From: Bacteroidota bacterium
Lineage (GTDB): Bacteria; Bacteroidota; Bacteroidia; Bacteroidales; VadinHA17
Assembly (NCBI GenBank): GCA_030618105.1
Contig: JAUXED010000001.1
Span: forward strand, 16,120 to 80,119
Length of the DNA stretch: 64,000 bases
Reading direction: 5' to 3'
Shown here: positions 26,535 through 37,084 of the stretch, one piece after another
Layout of the letters: every line of letters starts with the position of its first letter
Position numbering within the stretch: position 1 is the stretch's first letter
Made by a program: the position numbers and the translations under genes
The notes under the pieces: generated by a model
The model's input: only the letters and a program-made list of their open reading frames with translations
Told to the model about the DNA's origin: nothing
Database searches by the model: none

Positions 26535-28109
26535 ATGAGAAGAAATATAGTTTATTCTATTTTATTTATTTTTCTGATAACTGGAAATTTATCTTTAAAA
26601 GGACAGGAAAACATATTAAATCAAAATGGATTTAACAGGTTTTTTTATCCAAATGGTCAGGTATCAAGTGAAGGAAATATGGTAGATGGAAAACCGGATG
26701 GATACTGGCAAACGTATTATGTTTCCGGAGTAATAAAATCAGAAGGTAACAGAAAAAATCATTTATTAGATAGTGTATGGGTATTTTATAGCCTGTCTGC
26801 AGATACTTTAAAAAAGATAAACTATCTATATGGGAAGAAAAATGGGTTTTATTATACATATAACTATGAAAATATTAATAAACCCGAGGGTTATATATAT
26901 TCTAAGGAATTGTTTGTAAATGATAAAAGAGAAGGGAAAGCATATTATTACTATGATAATAATAAAGTAAAAATGGAGGTAAATTATTTAATGGGAAAAA
27001 AGAATGGAAGGGCATTTGAATATAATAAAGAGGATATAATAATTACAATATTTGAATATAATAAAGACAGGCTTATTAATAGGGAGCGGATAAACAGAAT
27101 AGATGAAAAAGGAGACAAACAAGGTATTTGGAAAGAATTTTATGAAGATGGTAAAGTAAACATTGAGAAAGGTTACAAGAATAATAAACTGGAGGGATAC
27201 TATAAAAAATATGACAGAAAAGGAAACCTTATACTTACTTTACGTTACGAAAAGGGTATAATTGTTGAAGATAATGCTGTTGATGATCAGGAAGAGATTG
27301 AAATAAGAAAAGAATATGATAATGATGGGAATCTTAAGTTTAGCGGACCATACAAAAGAAATACCCCTATTGGCATTCACAGGGAATATTCAAAGGATAG
27401 AGAGGTTATTAATTCAAAAATATATGATAATAACGGTAACATAGTTTCAGTTGGAATTGTTAATGAAAAAGGAGAAAAACAAGGGAAATGGAAAAATTAT
27501 TATACTAAAGACAAATTACTTTCAGAAGGACAATACGTGGATAATGAAAAAACCGGAACATGGAAATACTGTTTCAAAAATGGAAGAATTGAGCAAACTG
27601 GGAAATACAGAAACGGAAAGCCTAATGAAATATGGAAGTGGTATTATAATAACGGAAAATTAATAAAAGAAGAAGAATATTTTAATGGTAAAAGAGATGG
27701 TGTTTATACTGAATATTCTGAAAATGGAGATGTTATTTCTGAAGGTCATTTTCTTGATGGTGAAATGGATGGATCATGGAGAACAAAAATTGGGGATCAC
27801 AGTGAAGTAGGCAAGTATATTGTGGGATTAAAAAGCGATATATGGAAACATTTTTATGAAGATGGATCGCTGAAATACAAAGGAAAATTTATAAATGGCA
27901 ACCCTGAAGGAAAACACCAGATTTTCTGGCAAAACGGAAATACGAAAGAGGAGAGATATTATGATAACGGGCGTAGAGAAAAAACGTGGAAAAAATATAA
28001 TGAAGATGGAAACCTTATATTAACAATAACATACAAAGATGATAAGGAATACAGAGTAAATGGTGTGAAACTTGACCTGCCCGAAAGCGATGTAAAACTC
28101 ATAAAATAA
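26535..28109 (+). CDS. Secreted MORN-variant repeat protein (YwqK-like)
   Basis: Signal peptide followed by many ~23-aa repeats of the G.W..YY.NGk....g.y..gk..G type. Confidence 0.75.
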   Translation: MRRNIVYSILFIFLITGNLSLKGQENILNQNGFNRFFYPNGQVSSEGNMVDGKPDGYWQTYYVSGVIKSEGNRKNHLLDSVWVFYSLSADTLKKINYLYGKKNGFYYTYNYENINKPEGYIYSKELFVNDKREGKAYYYYDNNKVKMEVNYLMGKKNGRAFEYNKEDIIITIFEYNKDRLINRERINRIDEKGDKQGIWKEFYEDGKVNIEKGYKNNKLEGYYKKYDRKGNLILTLRYEKGIIVEDNAVDDQEEIEIRKEYDNDGNLKFSGPYKRNTPIGIHREYSKDREVINSKIYDNNGNIVSVGIVNEKGEKQGKWKNYYTKDKLLSEGQYVDNEKTGTWKYCFKNGRIEQTGKYRNGKPNEIWKWYYNNGKLIKEEEYFNGKRDGVYTEYSENGDVISEGHFLDGEMDGSWRTKIGDHSEVGKYIVGLKSDIWKHFYEDGSLKYKGKFINGNPEGKHQIFWQNGNTKEERYYDNGRREKTWKKYNEDGNLILTITYKDDKEYRVNGVKLDLPESDVKLIK

Positions 28110-28119
28110 CCACCCACGG

Positions 28120-29145
28120 ATGGATGAAAAAATTAATATTAGAAAAGAAAAGCTTTCAAAGGGAGAAAATGAATATGAACAAAAACTTCGCCCCCTGGAA
28201 TTTAGAGATTTCAAAGGGCAGAATAAGATAATTGACAATCTTAAAGTATTTGTAGAAGCTGCCAGGCAAAGATCAGAAGCATTGGATCATGTTTTGTTGC
28301 ACGGTCCGCCAGGACTTGGTAAAACAACTCTTGCTTACATAATTTCAAACGAGATGGATGTAAATATGAAAATCACCTCAGGCCCTGTTCTTGATAAACC
28401 CGGTGATCTTGCGGGTTTACTTACCAATCTTGAAAAATCAGATGTGCTTTTTATTGATGAAATACATCGTTTAAGTCCTGTTGTGGAAGAATACCTGTAT
28501 TCTGCAATGGAGGATTACTTTATTGATATAATGATAGATAAAGGCCCGGGAGCCAGATCGGTTCAATTAGAACTTAATCCGTTTACCCTAATAGGCGCCA
28601 CAACAAGATCCGGATTGCTTACAAGTCCGTTAAGATCAAGATTTGGAATTAGCTTTCACCTGGAATATTATGATAAAAATGTTCTAACAACAATTGTAAA
28701 AAGATCAGCCGGAATACTTAAAATAAATATTTGTGAGGATGCTGCAGTAGAAATTGCTTCAAGAAGCAGGGGGACTCCCAGAATAGCAAATATCTTGCTT
28801 AAAAGAGTAAGAGATTTTGCACAGGTAAAAGGAAGTGGCGAGATAGATCTGGAAATTTCTAAATATTCTCTTAAAGCGCTGAATATTGACAGGCATGGGC
28901 TGGATGAGATGGATAATAAAATTTTATTTACCATTATTGAAAAATTTGAAGGTGGTCCTGTAGGAATATCTACTATTGCAACAGCTGTTGGTGAAGATGG
29001 CGGGACCATTGAAGAGGTATATGAACCATTCTTAATAAAAGAAGGATATATTAAAAGAACACAAAGAGGACGTGAGGTAACAGAGAAGGCCTATCTGCAT
29101 ATTGGTAAAAAAAATACAGGAAGAACAGGATTGTTATTTAGATGA
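28120..29145 (+). CDS. ruvB: Holliday junction branch migration DNA helicase
   Basis: LRP..F.DF.GQ, Walker [28 protein letters not shown]. Confidence 0.95.
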   Translation: MDEKINIRKEKLSKGENEYEQKLRPLEFRDFKGQNKIIDNLKVFVEAARQRSEALDHVLLHGPPGLGKTTLAYIISNEMDVNMKITSGPVLDKPGDLAGLLTNLEKSDVLFIDEIHRLSPVVEEYLYSAMEDYFIDIMIDKGPGARSVQLELNPFTLIGATTRSGLLTSPLRSRFGISFHLEYYDKNVLTTIVKRSAGILKINICEDAAVEIASRSRGTPRIANILLKRVRDFAQVKGSGEIDLEISKYSLKALNIDRHGLDEMDNKILFTIIEKFEGGPVGISTIATAVGEDGGTIEEVYEPFLIKEGYIKRTQRGREVTEKAYLHIGKKNTGRTGLLFR

Positions 29146-29311
29146 TGTTGTTTTGGCTGGCAAATTTGTATATATTTGAAGCTTTAAATATTGATGCGAT
29201 AACAACTATATTGCATTGATTATTAACACCATAGAACAAAAAAAGCAATAAATTTAAAAAAATCAGATAAACCAAACATGAAGAAATTTATAAATAAAAA
29301 ATTTTAAACAC

Positions 29312-29482
29312 ATGAAAGAATATTTTAAACGTTCTGGTCTTATTTTTATTATTGCAGGGGTAGTTACACTTGCAATATCCGAATTTGGAAAGGTTGAAAG
29401 TAATAAAATGTTGATTATCAGTGGTGGACTAATAGTATTTGGTTTAATTGTGTATGTAATTTTAAATAACATACTTGATTAA
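29312..29482 (+). CDS. Possible 56-aa two-TM micro-protein
   Basis: ATG...TAA ORF (MKEYFKRSGLIFIIAGVVTLAISEF...LIVFGLIVYVILNNILD) with two clean hydrophobic helices. It is more plausible than the antisense 69-aa track ORF. Confidence 0.3.
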   Translation: MKEYFKRSGLIFIIAGVVTLAISEFGKVESNKMLIISGGLIVFGLIVYVILNNILD

Positions 29483-29546
29483 CCGGAAGAAAGAGCGTAA
29501 AAGAAACAGACAATTAATAAAAGGGCAAGACAAAATTTATGTTTAA

Positions 29547-30251
29547 CTAAAACAGGTTAACAATTCTTGTAAGTTCCTGTTCCTCAAGAATTTTAATTTG
29601 TCTGCCGTTTAATTCAATTAACGAATCAGTTTTAAATTCAGACAATAATCTGATAACAGATTCTGTAGCTGTTCCTACAATATTGGCAAGTTCTTCACGG
29701 GTAAGATAGATTTTCAAAACACCATCGTCATTAACACCAAATTCATTTTTAAGATGGATAAGAATTTCGGCAAGTCGCGCCCTGACGGTTTTTTGTGCAA
29801 TATCAGTGATATAAGAGTTTGCTTCGCCCAGTTCAAGGCATATTAGTTTAATCAATTCTAACGAAAAATCACCATTATTTTTTATAAGGGAAACCAGGGT
29901 CTTACCAGAGATAAAACAGAATACTGCATCTTCAATTACCTTTGCCGAAGTACATGCAACCTCGTTGCTTAATACTGAACGATAAGCAATTATTTCACCC
30001 TTTTTAGCAAAACGGATAATTTGTCCCTTACCATCTACACCTGTTTTGTAAATTTTAATAATACCTTTATTAATACAATAAAAACCGTTAATACGATCTC
30101 CCTCATTATATATTATTTTTCCTCTTTTGTATGAAAAACATTCTTTTTCATAATTAACCCGGTCAAGCTCCTCTTTTTTCAGATATTTAAATAATGAATT
30201 ATACAACAAAGAACAATCATTACAATCTGGTATATATGAACTATTATTCAT
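29547..30251 (-). CDS. Crp/Fnr-family transcriptional regulator
   Basis: cNMP-binding beta-barrel plus a C-terminal HTH (TREELANIVGTATESVIRLLSEF). Confidence 0.85.
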   Translation of the reverse strand: MNNSSYIPDCNDCSLLYNSLFKYLKKEELDRVNYEKECFSYKRGKIIYNEGDRINGFYCINKGIIKIYKTGVDGKGQIIRFAKKGEIIAYRSVLSNEVACTSAKVIEDAVFCFISGKTLVSLIKNNGDFSLELIKLICLELGEANSYITDIAQKTVRARLAEILIHLKNEFGVNDDGVLKIYLTREELANIVGTATESVIRLLSEFKTDSLIELNGRQIKILEEQELTRIVNLF

Positions 30252-30315
30252 TTATAGATAGTTGGGATAATTACAAAGATGGAAATAAATATGAAATAAT
30301 TTGTTACTAAAATAT

Positions 30316-30323
30316 TAATTTTG
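30316..30323 (+). promoter_or_regulatory. Candidate -7 box TAATTTTG for the OsmC-family gene
   Basis: 32 bp upstream of the ATG at 30355. Confidence 0.35.
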
Positions 30324-30354
30324 TCGATATACGATAATAATAAAAATCTAATCA

Positions 30355-30801
30355 ATGAAAGAAACTGTAAATGTATTACTTAAGAAAAAAATGGTTTTTG
30401 AAGTTGAAGTAAACGGGCATAAAATTATTATAGATGCAGACAAGAAGGCTGGAGGAGGGAATAAAGGACCCAGGCCAAAACCATTAATGCTTGCTGCCCT
30501 TGGCGGATGTACAGCCATGGATGTAGTTTCTATTTTAAGGAAAATGAGAGTAAATTTCGTAGCAGTTAATGTAAAAGTTGATGGTGAATTGACGGAGGAA
30601 CACCCAAGGCATTTCTATAAAATGCATGTAACATACGAATTTACAGGGAAGGACCTGCCTTTGGAGAAGCTGGAAAAAGCCGTAAATCTTTCACAAGACA
30701 GATATTGTGGCGTAAGTTATAGTTACGCGAAAGCAATGGAAATAACACACGAAATAAAAATAAAAGAGTCGGCAGTCGGCAATCGGCAGTCGGCAATTTA
30801 A
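30355..30801 (+). CDS. OsmC/Ohr-family peroxiredoxin-like protein
   Basis: 148 aa. GPRPKPLMLAALGGCT and DRYCGV motifs. The last ~11 codons are read from the AGTCGGC heptamer repeat. Confidence 0.85.
   Translation: MKETVNVLLKKKMVFEVEVNGHKIIIDADKKAGGGNKGPRPKPLMLAALGGCTAMDVVSILRKMRVNFVAVNVKVDGELTEEHPRHFYKMHVTYEFTGKDLPLEKLEKAVNLSQDRYCGVSYSYAKAMEITHEIKIKESAVGNRQSAI
30767..30797 (+). repeat. (AGTCGGC)x4 heptamer repeat forming the 3' end of the OsmC ORF
   Basis: Direct reading. Confidence 0.9.
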
Positions 30802-30821
30802 AGACAAACTTTTTCTTATTT

Positions 30822-30923
30822 CCTCATCACCTCATCACCTCATCACCTCATCACCTCATTGGTCTTTTATTCTGCATCTTCCTTACTCAACTACTTAACT
30901 ACTCAACTATTAAACCACTCAAC
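30822..30923 (-). repeat. (TCATCACC)x4-5 and the YACTCAAC word block downstream of pheS (purine/G+T-rich on the pheS sense strand)
   Basis: Direct reading. Confidence 0.9.
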
Positions 30924-30927
30924 TTTT

Positions 30928-31968
30928 TTATATAGAGGATTGAAACTGACTTAGAAAACGAACATCATTTTCAAAATATAAACGTAGATCGTTTACTTTA
31001 TACTTAAGCTGGGCAATTCTTTCAACACCCATACCAAAAGCAAAACCGGTATATTTTTTGTTGTCTATGTTGCAATTTTCTAAAACATTAGGGTCAACCA
31101 TTCCACAACCCAGAATTTCAACCCATCCGGTATGTTTACAGACAGCACAGCCTTTGCCGCCACATATTAAGCATGAAACATCCATTTCTGCAGAGGGTTC
31201 CGTAAAGGGGAAGTAAGACGGTCTTAAACGGATTTTAATGCCTTGACCGAACATTTCCTTTGCGAAATATAATAATGTCTGTTTAAGATCAGCAAAAGAG
31301 ACATTGGTGTCAATATATAAGCCTTCAACCTGGTGAAAAATACAATGCGCCCTTGCACTTATTGCTTCATTGCGAAAGACCCTGCCCGGAGAAATAGTCC
31401 TGATCGGAGGTTTTGAATTTTCCATATCCCTGACCTGAACAGATGAGGTGTGAGTTCGAAGTAATATATCAAGATTATTACTGTTTTCAGATTCTTCTTT
31501 TTCTATAAAAAAAGTATCCTGCATATCACGGGCAGGATGTTCGGGAGGGAAATTTAATTTTGAAAAAACATGATTATCATCTTCAATTTCAGGACCTTCC
31601 GAAATTATAAAACCAATACGTGTAAAAATATCTATTATATTATTTCTTACAATAGATATGGGATGACGGGAACCAACAGAAAATGAATCTCCGGGAAGAG
31701 TTAAATCGATATTTGATACAGAATAAGATTTTTCTTCAAGGATAGTTTTTAAGCAGGTGAACTTTTCAATAGTTAAATTTTTAAGATCATTTATAAGTTT
31801 TCCATATTGACGTTTTTGATCAGGAGAAACAGACGCAAAATCAGAAAAGAGAAGAGAAATAAAACCTTTCTTCCCAAGAAAACGAACCCTGAAATTTTCC
31901 AGATCATTAATATTATCAGTAGTAAAACTATCAACCTCTGATTTTAATTTTTTTATTCTTTCCAGCAT
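30928..31968 (-). CDS. pheS: Phenylalanine--tRNA ligase alpha subunit
   Basis: HPARDMQDTF, FRNEA, GFAFGMGVERIA class II motifs. Confidence 0.95.
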   Translation of the reverse strand: MLERIKKLKSEVDSFTTDNINDLENFRVRFLGKKGFISLLFSDFASVSPDQKRQYGKLINDLKNLTIEKFTCLKTILEEKSYSVSNIDLTLPGDSFSVGSRHPISIVRNNIIDIFTRIGFIISEGPEIEDDNHVFSKLNFPPEHPARDMQDTFFIEKEESENSNNLDILLRTHTSSVQVRDMENSKPPIRTISPGRVFRNEAISARAHCIFHQVEGLYIDTNVSFADLKQTLLYFAKEMFGQGIKIRLRPSYFPFTEPSAEMDVSCLICGGKGCAVCKHTGWVEILGCGMVDPNVLENCNIDNKKYTGFAFGMGVERIAQLKYKVNDLRLYFENDVRFLSQFQSSI

Positions 31969-32005
31969 GATTTATGGATATAATTAGAAAAAGTGTTAAA
32001 GAAAG

Positions 32006-32836
32006 CTAAAACCAGGAACGAGACAACTTCATCTTATTAATAAAAACATCTACCAAAGGCTTGTCGCTGTCAGAAGTTTTTACACCGGCAATTTTGTCAA
32101 TAATTTCAATACCTTCCAAAACCTCACCGAAAACAGTATAAGAATCATCAAGATGTGGTGTTCCGCCAAGAGATTTATAAACATCCCTTTGTTCGAAAGG
32201 GATAGAGAAAACCGGTAAATTTTTAATATCTTTTTGAAGACGAAGGGTCGCCACCTGTTGAATTTTAGCGTAATCAATTACCTCCTCATTAGCAAAAGCC
32301 TTTTCTTTTTCTTCATTGATATATTTAAAGAATAAAGTTTGTTTATTTTGATCGTTAATGCGCTTCTCAATTTGATCAAGTTCAACACCGGTAAAAATTT
32401 TGCCTTGAACTATATAAAATTGTGAACCGGAAGATTTTTTCTCAGGATTAACATTATCGCCTTCGCGGGCTGCAGCAATAACACCTTTTTTATGAAATAA
32501 TGAAGGATTGAATTCAGCAGGAATAGTATATCCGGGACCATGATTCTCCTTTTCTTCCGGGGAAGAATTGGTTCTGGTAGCAGGATCGCCTGCCTGTATC
32601 ATGAAATCGTTAATAACCCTGTGGAACAATTGTCCGTTATAATAACCTTCTTTAACAAGCTTAATAAAATTATCACGGTGTAAAGGAGTTTCGTTATAAA
32701 GCTTTATCCTGATAGTGCCCAGGGTTGTTTCAATAATAATAATTTTTTCTTTTGATCCGTTATGGGAAAAAGAACAGGAAGAAGAGAAAAAAAGGATAGT
32801 TAAAAATATTAAAAAAGCGAATACAAATCTTTTCAT
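32006..32836 (-). CDS. Cyclophilin-type peptidyl-prolyl cis-trans isomerase, lipoprotein
   Basis: FHRVI..FMIQAGDP, SQFYIV, plus an insertion. Signal ends FSSSC. Confidence 0.9.
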   Translation of the reverse strand: MKRFVFAFLIFLTILFFSSSCSFSHNGSKEKIIIIETTLGTIRIKLYNETPLHRDNFIKLVKEGYYNGQLFHRVINDFMIQAGDPATRTNSSPEEKENHGPGYTIPAEFNPSLFHKKGVIAAAREGDNVNPEKKSSGSQFYIVQGKIFTGVELDQIEKRINDQNKQTLFFKYINEEKEKAFANEEVIDYAKIQQVATLRLQKDIKNLPVFSIPFEQRDVYKSLGGTPHLDDSYTVFGEVLEGIEIIDKIAGVKTSDSDKPLVDVFINKMKLSRSWF

Positions 32837-32862
32837 TATTTTTAAAGTTTCTATTTACAGTG

Positions 32863-32870
32863 CAAAATTA
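32863..32870 (-). promoter_or_regulatory. Candidate -7 box TAATTTTG for the cyclophilin-pheS operon
   Basis: CAAAATTA on the + strand, 27 bp from the ATG at 32836. Confidence 0.4.
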
Positions 32871-32900
32871 AGATATATTATTAATAATTAAGTTTTTATT

Positions 32901-34376
32901 TTGGAGCAAATACGCAAACTAGCCGGGCAAACTGCTATTTATGGTTTAGGAACAATTGTACCCAGGTTTCTGAACTATGCTCTTCTAACGCCTTTTTATA
33001 CAAGGATATTTGAAACAGGAGAATATGGCATAGTAACAGAGCTATATGCATATATGGTAGTTTTGCTGGTTATTCTGACCTATGGAATGGAGACAGGATA
33101 TTTCAGATTTGCTTCAAGGGAAAATCAGCCCGAAAAAGTTTATAGTACAGCCCTGGGCTCCATATTGATAACATCTTCATTATTCATTTTAGCAATTATC
33201 CTGTTTAACCAGCAGATTGCTGATGTAATGAAATATTATGATAACAAAGAATATATTTTGTTCTTTTCATTGATAATATCAATAGATGCCTGTACCGCAA
33301 TCCCCTTTGCAAAACTAAGACGAGAAGAAAGGGGTTTAAGATTTGCCTTGATAAAAATTATTAATGTTGTTGTAATTATTGGATTGGCGTTGTTTTTCTA
33401 TGTCTTGGCCCCAAAAATATATTCTAAAGACCCAAATGGTATAATAAATTTGATCTATTCACCGGAGGTGGGTGTTGGATATGTATTTATAGCAAATCTC
33501 ATGGGTAGTATAGTAACAATTATACTCTTGTTACCTGAAATAATAGGTATTAGAATAAAAATAGATAAGGCACTATGGAAAAAAATGATAAAATACAGTT
33601 ATCCATTGCTAATTGCCGGATTGGCAGGAACAATAAATGATGTTGTAGATAAAATAGCATTGAAACACCTGCTAACAGACCAAAATACAGCAATGAATCA
33701 ACTTGGGATATACGGCGCAAGTTATAAAATAGGAGTAATAATGGCATTGTTTATACAAATGTTCCGGTATGCTTTTGAACCATTTGTTTTTGCAAATTCT
33801 AATGACAAAAATGCAAGAGAAATATATGCTGTAGTGATGAAGTATTTCGTATTTTTTGGATTGTTTATCTTTCTTGGAGTTATGTTTTATCTGGATATTA
33901 TTGTAAAATTATTACTGGGAAATAATTTTATAGTAAGCCGGGCACTGGAAGTGGTACCAATAATTTTAATAGGGTATTTACTTTATGGAATTTTCGTAAA
34001 TCTTTCTGTATGGTATAAGATAAATGAACTTACAAAATTTGGTGCGATTATTACAGGAGTAGGTGCATTAATTACGGTGGTTATAAATGTGAGCCTGGTA
34101 CCTGTTTTTGGATATCATGCTTCTGCGTGGGCACATATTGCATGTTACCTCACAATGGTTATAATGTCTTATTTTATTGGCAAGAGATATTATAAAATAC
34201 CTTATGAAACAGTAAAAATTATAATATATTTTGTGTTTGGACTGGCACTGTATTGGATTTCTAAAATAATAAGAACGGATAATGAAATGATTAATATAGT
34301 TATGAATACCGGGTTTTTGATACTGTTTGTTGTTGTTATTTCATGGAAAGAAAAAATAAAATGGAAAACAAAATAA
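32901..34376 (+). CDS. Polysaccharide/oligosaccharide flippase (MOP/Wzx-like)
   Basis: 491 aa with about 12-14 TM segments. TTG start as in the ORF track; the true start is uncertain. Confidence 0.7.
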   Translation: MEQIRKLAGQTAIYGLGTIVPRFLNYALLTPFYTRIFETGEYGIVTELYAYMVVLLVILTYGMETGYFRFASRENQPEKVYSTALGSILITSSLFILAIILFNQQIADVMKYYDNKEYILFFSLIISIDACTAIPFAKLRREERGLRFALIKIINVVVIIGLALFFYVLAPKIYSKDPNGIINLIYSPEVGVGYVFIANLMGSIVTIILLLPEIIGIRIKIDKALWKKMIKYSYPLLIAGLAGTINDVVDKIALKHLLTDQNTAMNQLGIYGASYKIGVIMALFIQMFRYAFEPFVFANSNDKNAREIYAVVMKYFVFFGLFIFLGVMFYLDIIVKLLLGNNFIVSRALEVVPIILIGYLLYGIFVNLSVWYKINELTKFGAIITGVGALITVVINVSLVPVFGYHASAWAHIACYLTMVIMSYFIGKRYYKIPYETVKIIIYFVFGLALYWISKIIRTDNEMINIVMNTGFLILFVVVISWKEKIKWKTK

Positions 34377-34422
34377 GTGAGGAAATGAGGAGAAGAAAAA
34401 CACGCTTTTATATAATGAAATG

Positions 34423-34480
34423 GGATTTTGCGAGGAACGAAGTGACGAAGCAATCTACCAAAACAACAAGAATAATAAAT
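34423..34480 (+). mobile_element. Partial (left-arm) copy of the 182-bp element
   Basis: GGATTTTGCGAGGAACGAAGTGACGAAGCAATCTACCAAAACAACAAGAAT matches the left half of the copies at 36897 and 24733 (reverse complement). Confidence 0.65.
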
Positions 34481-34514
34481 AAAAAATATTAGTCTTTAAT
34501 AATAAAAGAAACGA

Positions 34515-34949
34515 ATGATAATAAAAATAGTAAACAAATCAAATAATGAACTACCGGAGTATAGTACGGAACAATCTGCAGGAGTAGATCTAAGAGCAAG
34601 TATTTTAAAAAAGATTAATCTTAAACCGTTAGAAAGGACCCTGGTACCAACGGGATTATTTATTGAACTACCGGATAGATATGAGGCACAAATTCGACCG
34701 AGAAGCGGATTGGCAATAAAGAAAGGGATTACTGTATTGAATACACCCGGAACAATAGACGCTGATTACAGGGGAGAAATAATGGTAATTCTTATTAACC
34801 TGTCAAATGAAAATGTGGAAATAAATAATGGAGACAGAATATGTCAAATGGTTATTAACAGGCATGAGAAAGCAAGTTTTAAGGAGGTAAAAGTGCTAAA
34901 TAAAACTAAAAGAGGAAAAGGCGGATTCGGACATACAGGAAGTAAATAA
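34515..34949 (+). CDS. dut: dUTP diphosphatase
   Basis: [32 protein letters not shown]. Confidence 0.95.
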   Translation: MIIKIVNKSNNELPEYSTEQSAGVDLRASILKKINLKPLERTLVPTGLFIELPDRYEAQIRPRSGLAIKKGITVLNTPGTIDADYRGEIMVILINLSNENVEINNGDRICQMVINRHEKASFKEVKVLNKTKRGKGGFGHTGSK

Positions 34950-34975
34950 AGTATAAACAACCCGTTCTTCAGTTT

Positions 34976-35021
34976 GCCCGCCCGCCTGACCGGACGGGCA
35001 GGGACGGGCCGACTGCCGACT
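34976..35021 (+). repeat. GC-rich 24-mer copy 3 followed by a GCCGACT word, downstream of dut
   Basis: 34980-35003 is identical to 1187-1210. Confidence 0.85.
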
Positions 35022-35067
35022 TAAAAACGAAATAATAATGAAGTTTATCATTTTAATGTTACAATAT

Positions 35068-36855
35068 ATGAAGAGAGAAAGGAAAATAGCATTTGGATTA
35101 TTGATTTTAACTGTTTTGCTTACAGGATGCTTAGGAAAAGAGTATCCTAAAAAGACAAAGGGAGATGAAAAAGCAGTAAAGATTGAAGAAAGGGATACAG
35201 AATATAGATATTTTTTCGCTGAAGGGATAAAGCAAAAAATGCTTGGAAATTTAGGACAAGCAGTAAGATATTTTGAAAAGGCGATGGAGCTTAATAAAAA
35301 AAGTTCAGCTGGTTGTTATGAGTTATCAAGTATTTATACAATAACAAGAAATTATAACGAAGCAATTAAATATGCCGGAAGAGCGGAAAAACTGGACGAG
35401 AAGAATATTTGGTATAAATTACATCTTGGTAATTTATATCATATTACAAAAAAAGTTGATAGTACAATAGTAATATATGAAAAAATATGTGAAAATTACC
35501 CTGATAGAAATGATTTAGCTTTTAATCTAAGTGAATTATATAAAGAAAAGGGAGAAAAAGAAAAGGCATTAAGAATATATGAAAAATTAGAAGAGAGGGT
35601 TGGGATAAACAAACACGTGGGACTGGCGAAGGAAGATATTTATGAAAAAGAAGGAAAATTCGAATTGGCGAAAAATGAATTGGATAAATTGTTGAGAATA
35701 TATAAAAATGATGTGAATATTATGGGTGTACTGGCAGAATTATATCATAATAACGGATATGATGATAAAGCAAAAGAGACATATGAAAAAATGTTAATGA
35801 TTGAACCAGATAAATACAACACAAAGGTTTCATTATTAGGGTATTATAGAAAAAAGAATGAATACACAAAAGTTTTTGAAATTGTAAGAGAAATTATAGA
35901 AAATAGTGAGATAAAGGTTAATGAGAAAGTACAAATGATGTTGTCGTTCATATCAAACCAAGAGGAAATGAGAAACTATATAACAAATATTGAACTATTT
36001 ATTAGAAAACTTGAAGAACAATACCCGGATGACCATAAAGTAAAAGCAATAGCTGCAGATTTGTGCATAAGGACAGGTAAATTGGAGGAAGCAAGAAACA
36101 AGTTAAAATATATAATAGAAAAGGGTAAAGGGAATATTGTTTTATGGGAGCAGTTTCTGCTAATTGAAAATAGCATGGGAAATTATTCAGAGCTTTATAT
36201 GGAGAGTGAGAGAGCTATAAAAATTTACCCGGAAAGACCAACATTTTTTCTGTTAAAAGGAATTTCGGCAAGTGAGTTGAAGAAATATGAAATATCAATT
36301 AAAGCACTGGAAGAAGGGTTGAAATTCGTGAAAAATGACAATCAATTAATAATACAGTTTTATTTACTAATAGGAGATGGTTACAGAAGTATGGGTTTGC
36401 ACAAGAAATCGGATGAAGCAATGGAAAAGGCTCTGGAAATTGATTCAGAAAACCAAATTGTATTAAATAATTATGCATACTATTTATCCGAGAGAGGGTG
36501 CCGGTTGAGGAAAGCCCTTAAAATGAGTGGTATATGTATAAAAACGGAGCCAATAAATGCAATATATTTAGATACATATGGTTGGATACTTTTTAAAATG
36601 GGCAAAACGAATGAGGCAAAAGTATATTTGGAAAAAGCAATGAATAATTCCGGGGTAAACGATCCGGAAATAACAGAACATTATGGAGATATACTTTATG
36701 AGATGAAAGAATATACAAGAGCTGCTGAAACCTGGAAAGATGCAATTATTTTGGGTGGAGAAAAGATAAAAATTGAAAAGAAAATTAATGAAGCGAAAGA
36801 AAAGAAAAAAGGTCAAAAGTCGAAGGGCCAAAGAGTAGAAGGAGTAAGAGATTAG
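35068..36855 (+). CDS. TPR-repeat lipoprotein
   Basis: I prefer the ATG at 35068 (MKRERKIAFGLLILTVLLTGC lipobox) over the track start at 35038. Multiple TPR units. The C-terminal KKGQKSKGQRVEGVRD is read from purine-rich repeat DNA. Confidence 0.75.
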   Translation: MKRERKIAFGLLILTVLLTGCLGKEYPKKTKGDEKAVKIEERDTEYRYFFAEGIKQKMLGNLGQAVRYFEKAMELNKKSSAGCYELSSIYTITRNYNEAIKYAGRAEKLDEKNIWYKLHLGNLYHITKKVDSTIVIYEKICENYPDRNDLAFNLSELYKEKGEKEKALRIYEKLEERVGINKHVGLAKEDIYEKEGKFELAKNELDKLLRIYKNDVNIMGVLAELYHNNGYDDKAKETYEKMLMIEPDKYNTKVSLLGYYRKKNEYTKVFEIVREIIENSEIKVNEKVQMMLSFISNQEEMRNYITNIELFIRKLEEQYPDDHKVKAIAADLCIRTGKLEEARNKLKYIIEKGKGNIVLWEQFLLIENSMGNYSELYMESERAIKIYPERPTFFLLKGISASELKKYEISIKALEEGLKFVKNDNQLIIQFYLLIGDGYRSMGLHKKSDEAMEKALEIDSENQIVLNNYAYYLSERGCRLRKALKMSGICIKTEPINAIYLDTYGWILFKMGKTNEAKVYLEKAMNNSGVNDPEITEHYGDILYEMKEYTRAAETWKDAIILGGEKIKIEKKINEAKEKKKGQKSKGQRVEGVRD

Positions 36856-36896
36856 AGGTGAGAATAGGGAGGGAACAGTTTTAACCAGAGTTTAAA

Positions 36897-37078
36897 GTTT
36901 GAAAAAGGATTTTGCGAGGAGCGAAGCGACGAAGCAATCTCACAAGAACAACTGGGATGCCAAAGCAATAGACTGTCTTGAACTTTACGAAAAGTCTTGA
37001 AAGATTGCTTCTCCGCCAGCTGGCGGATCGCAAAATCCGTATACTTTTTATGGTTTAAAGATATACATAAATTGTAAA
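36897..37078 (+). mobile_element. ~182-bp MITE-like palindromic element, full copy 2, ending 7 bp before the DUF4292 gene ATG
   Basis: See 24552-24733. It sits inside the conserved TPR-DUF4292 gene pair. Confidence 0.75.
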
Positions 37079-37084
37079 CGAAAC

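Noticed and set aside
29263-29472. 69-aa minus-strand track ORF
   Set aside because: It has no recognisable features. The opposite strand holds a cleaner 56-aa two-TM ORF (29312-29482), which I report only at low confidence.
29547-30251. Crp/Fnr regulator as a true oxygen-sensing FNR with a [4Fe-4S] cluster
   Set aside because: Only two N-terminal Cys residues (C-x2-C) are present, with other Cys not in the FNR spacing. That is insufficient to call a cluster-binding FNR from sequence alone.
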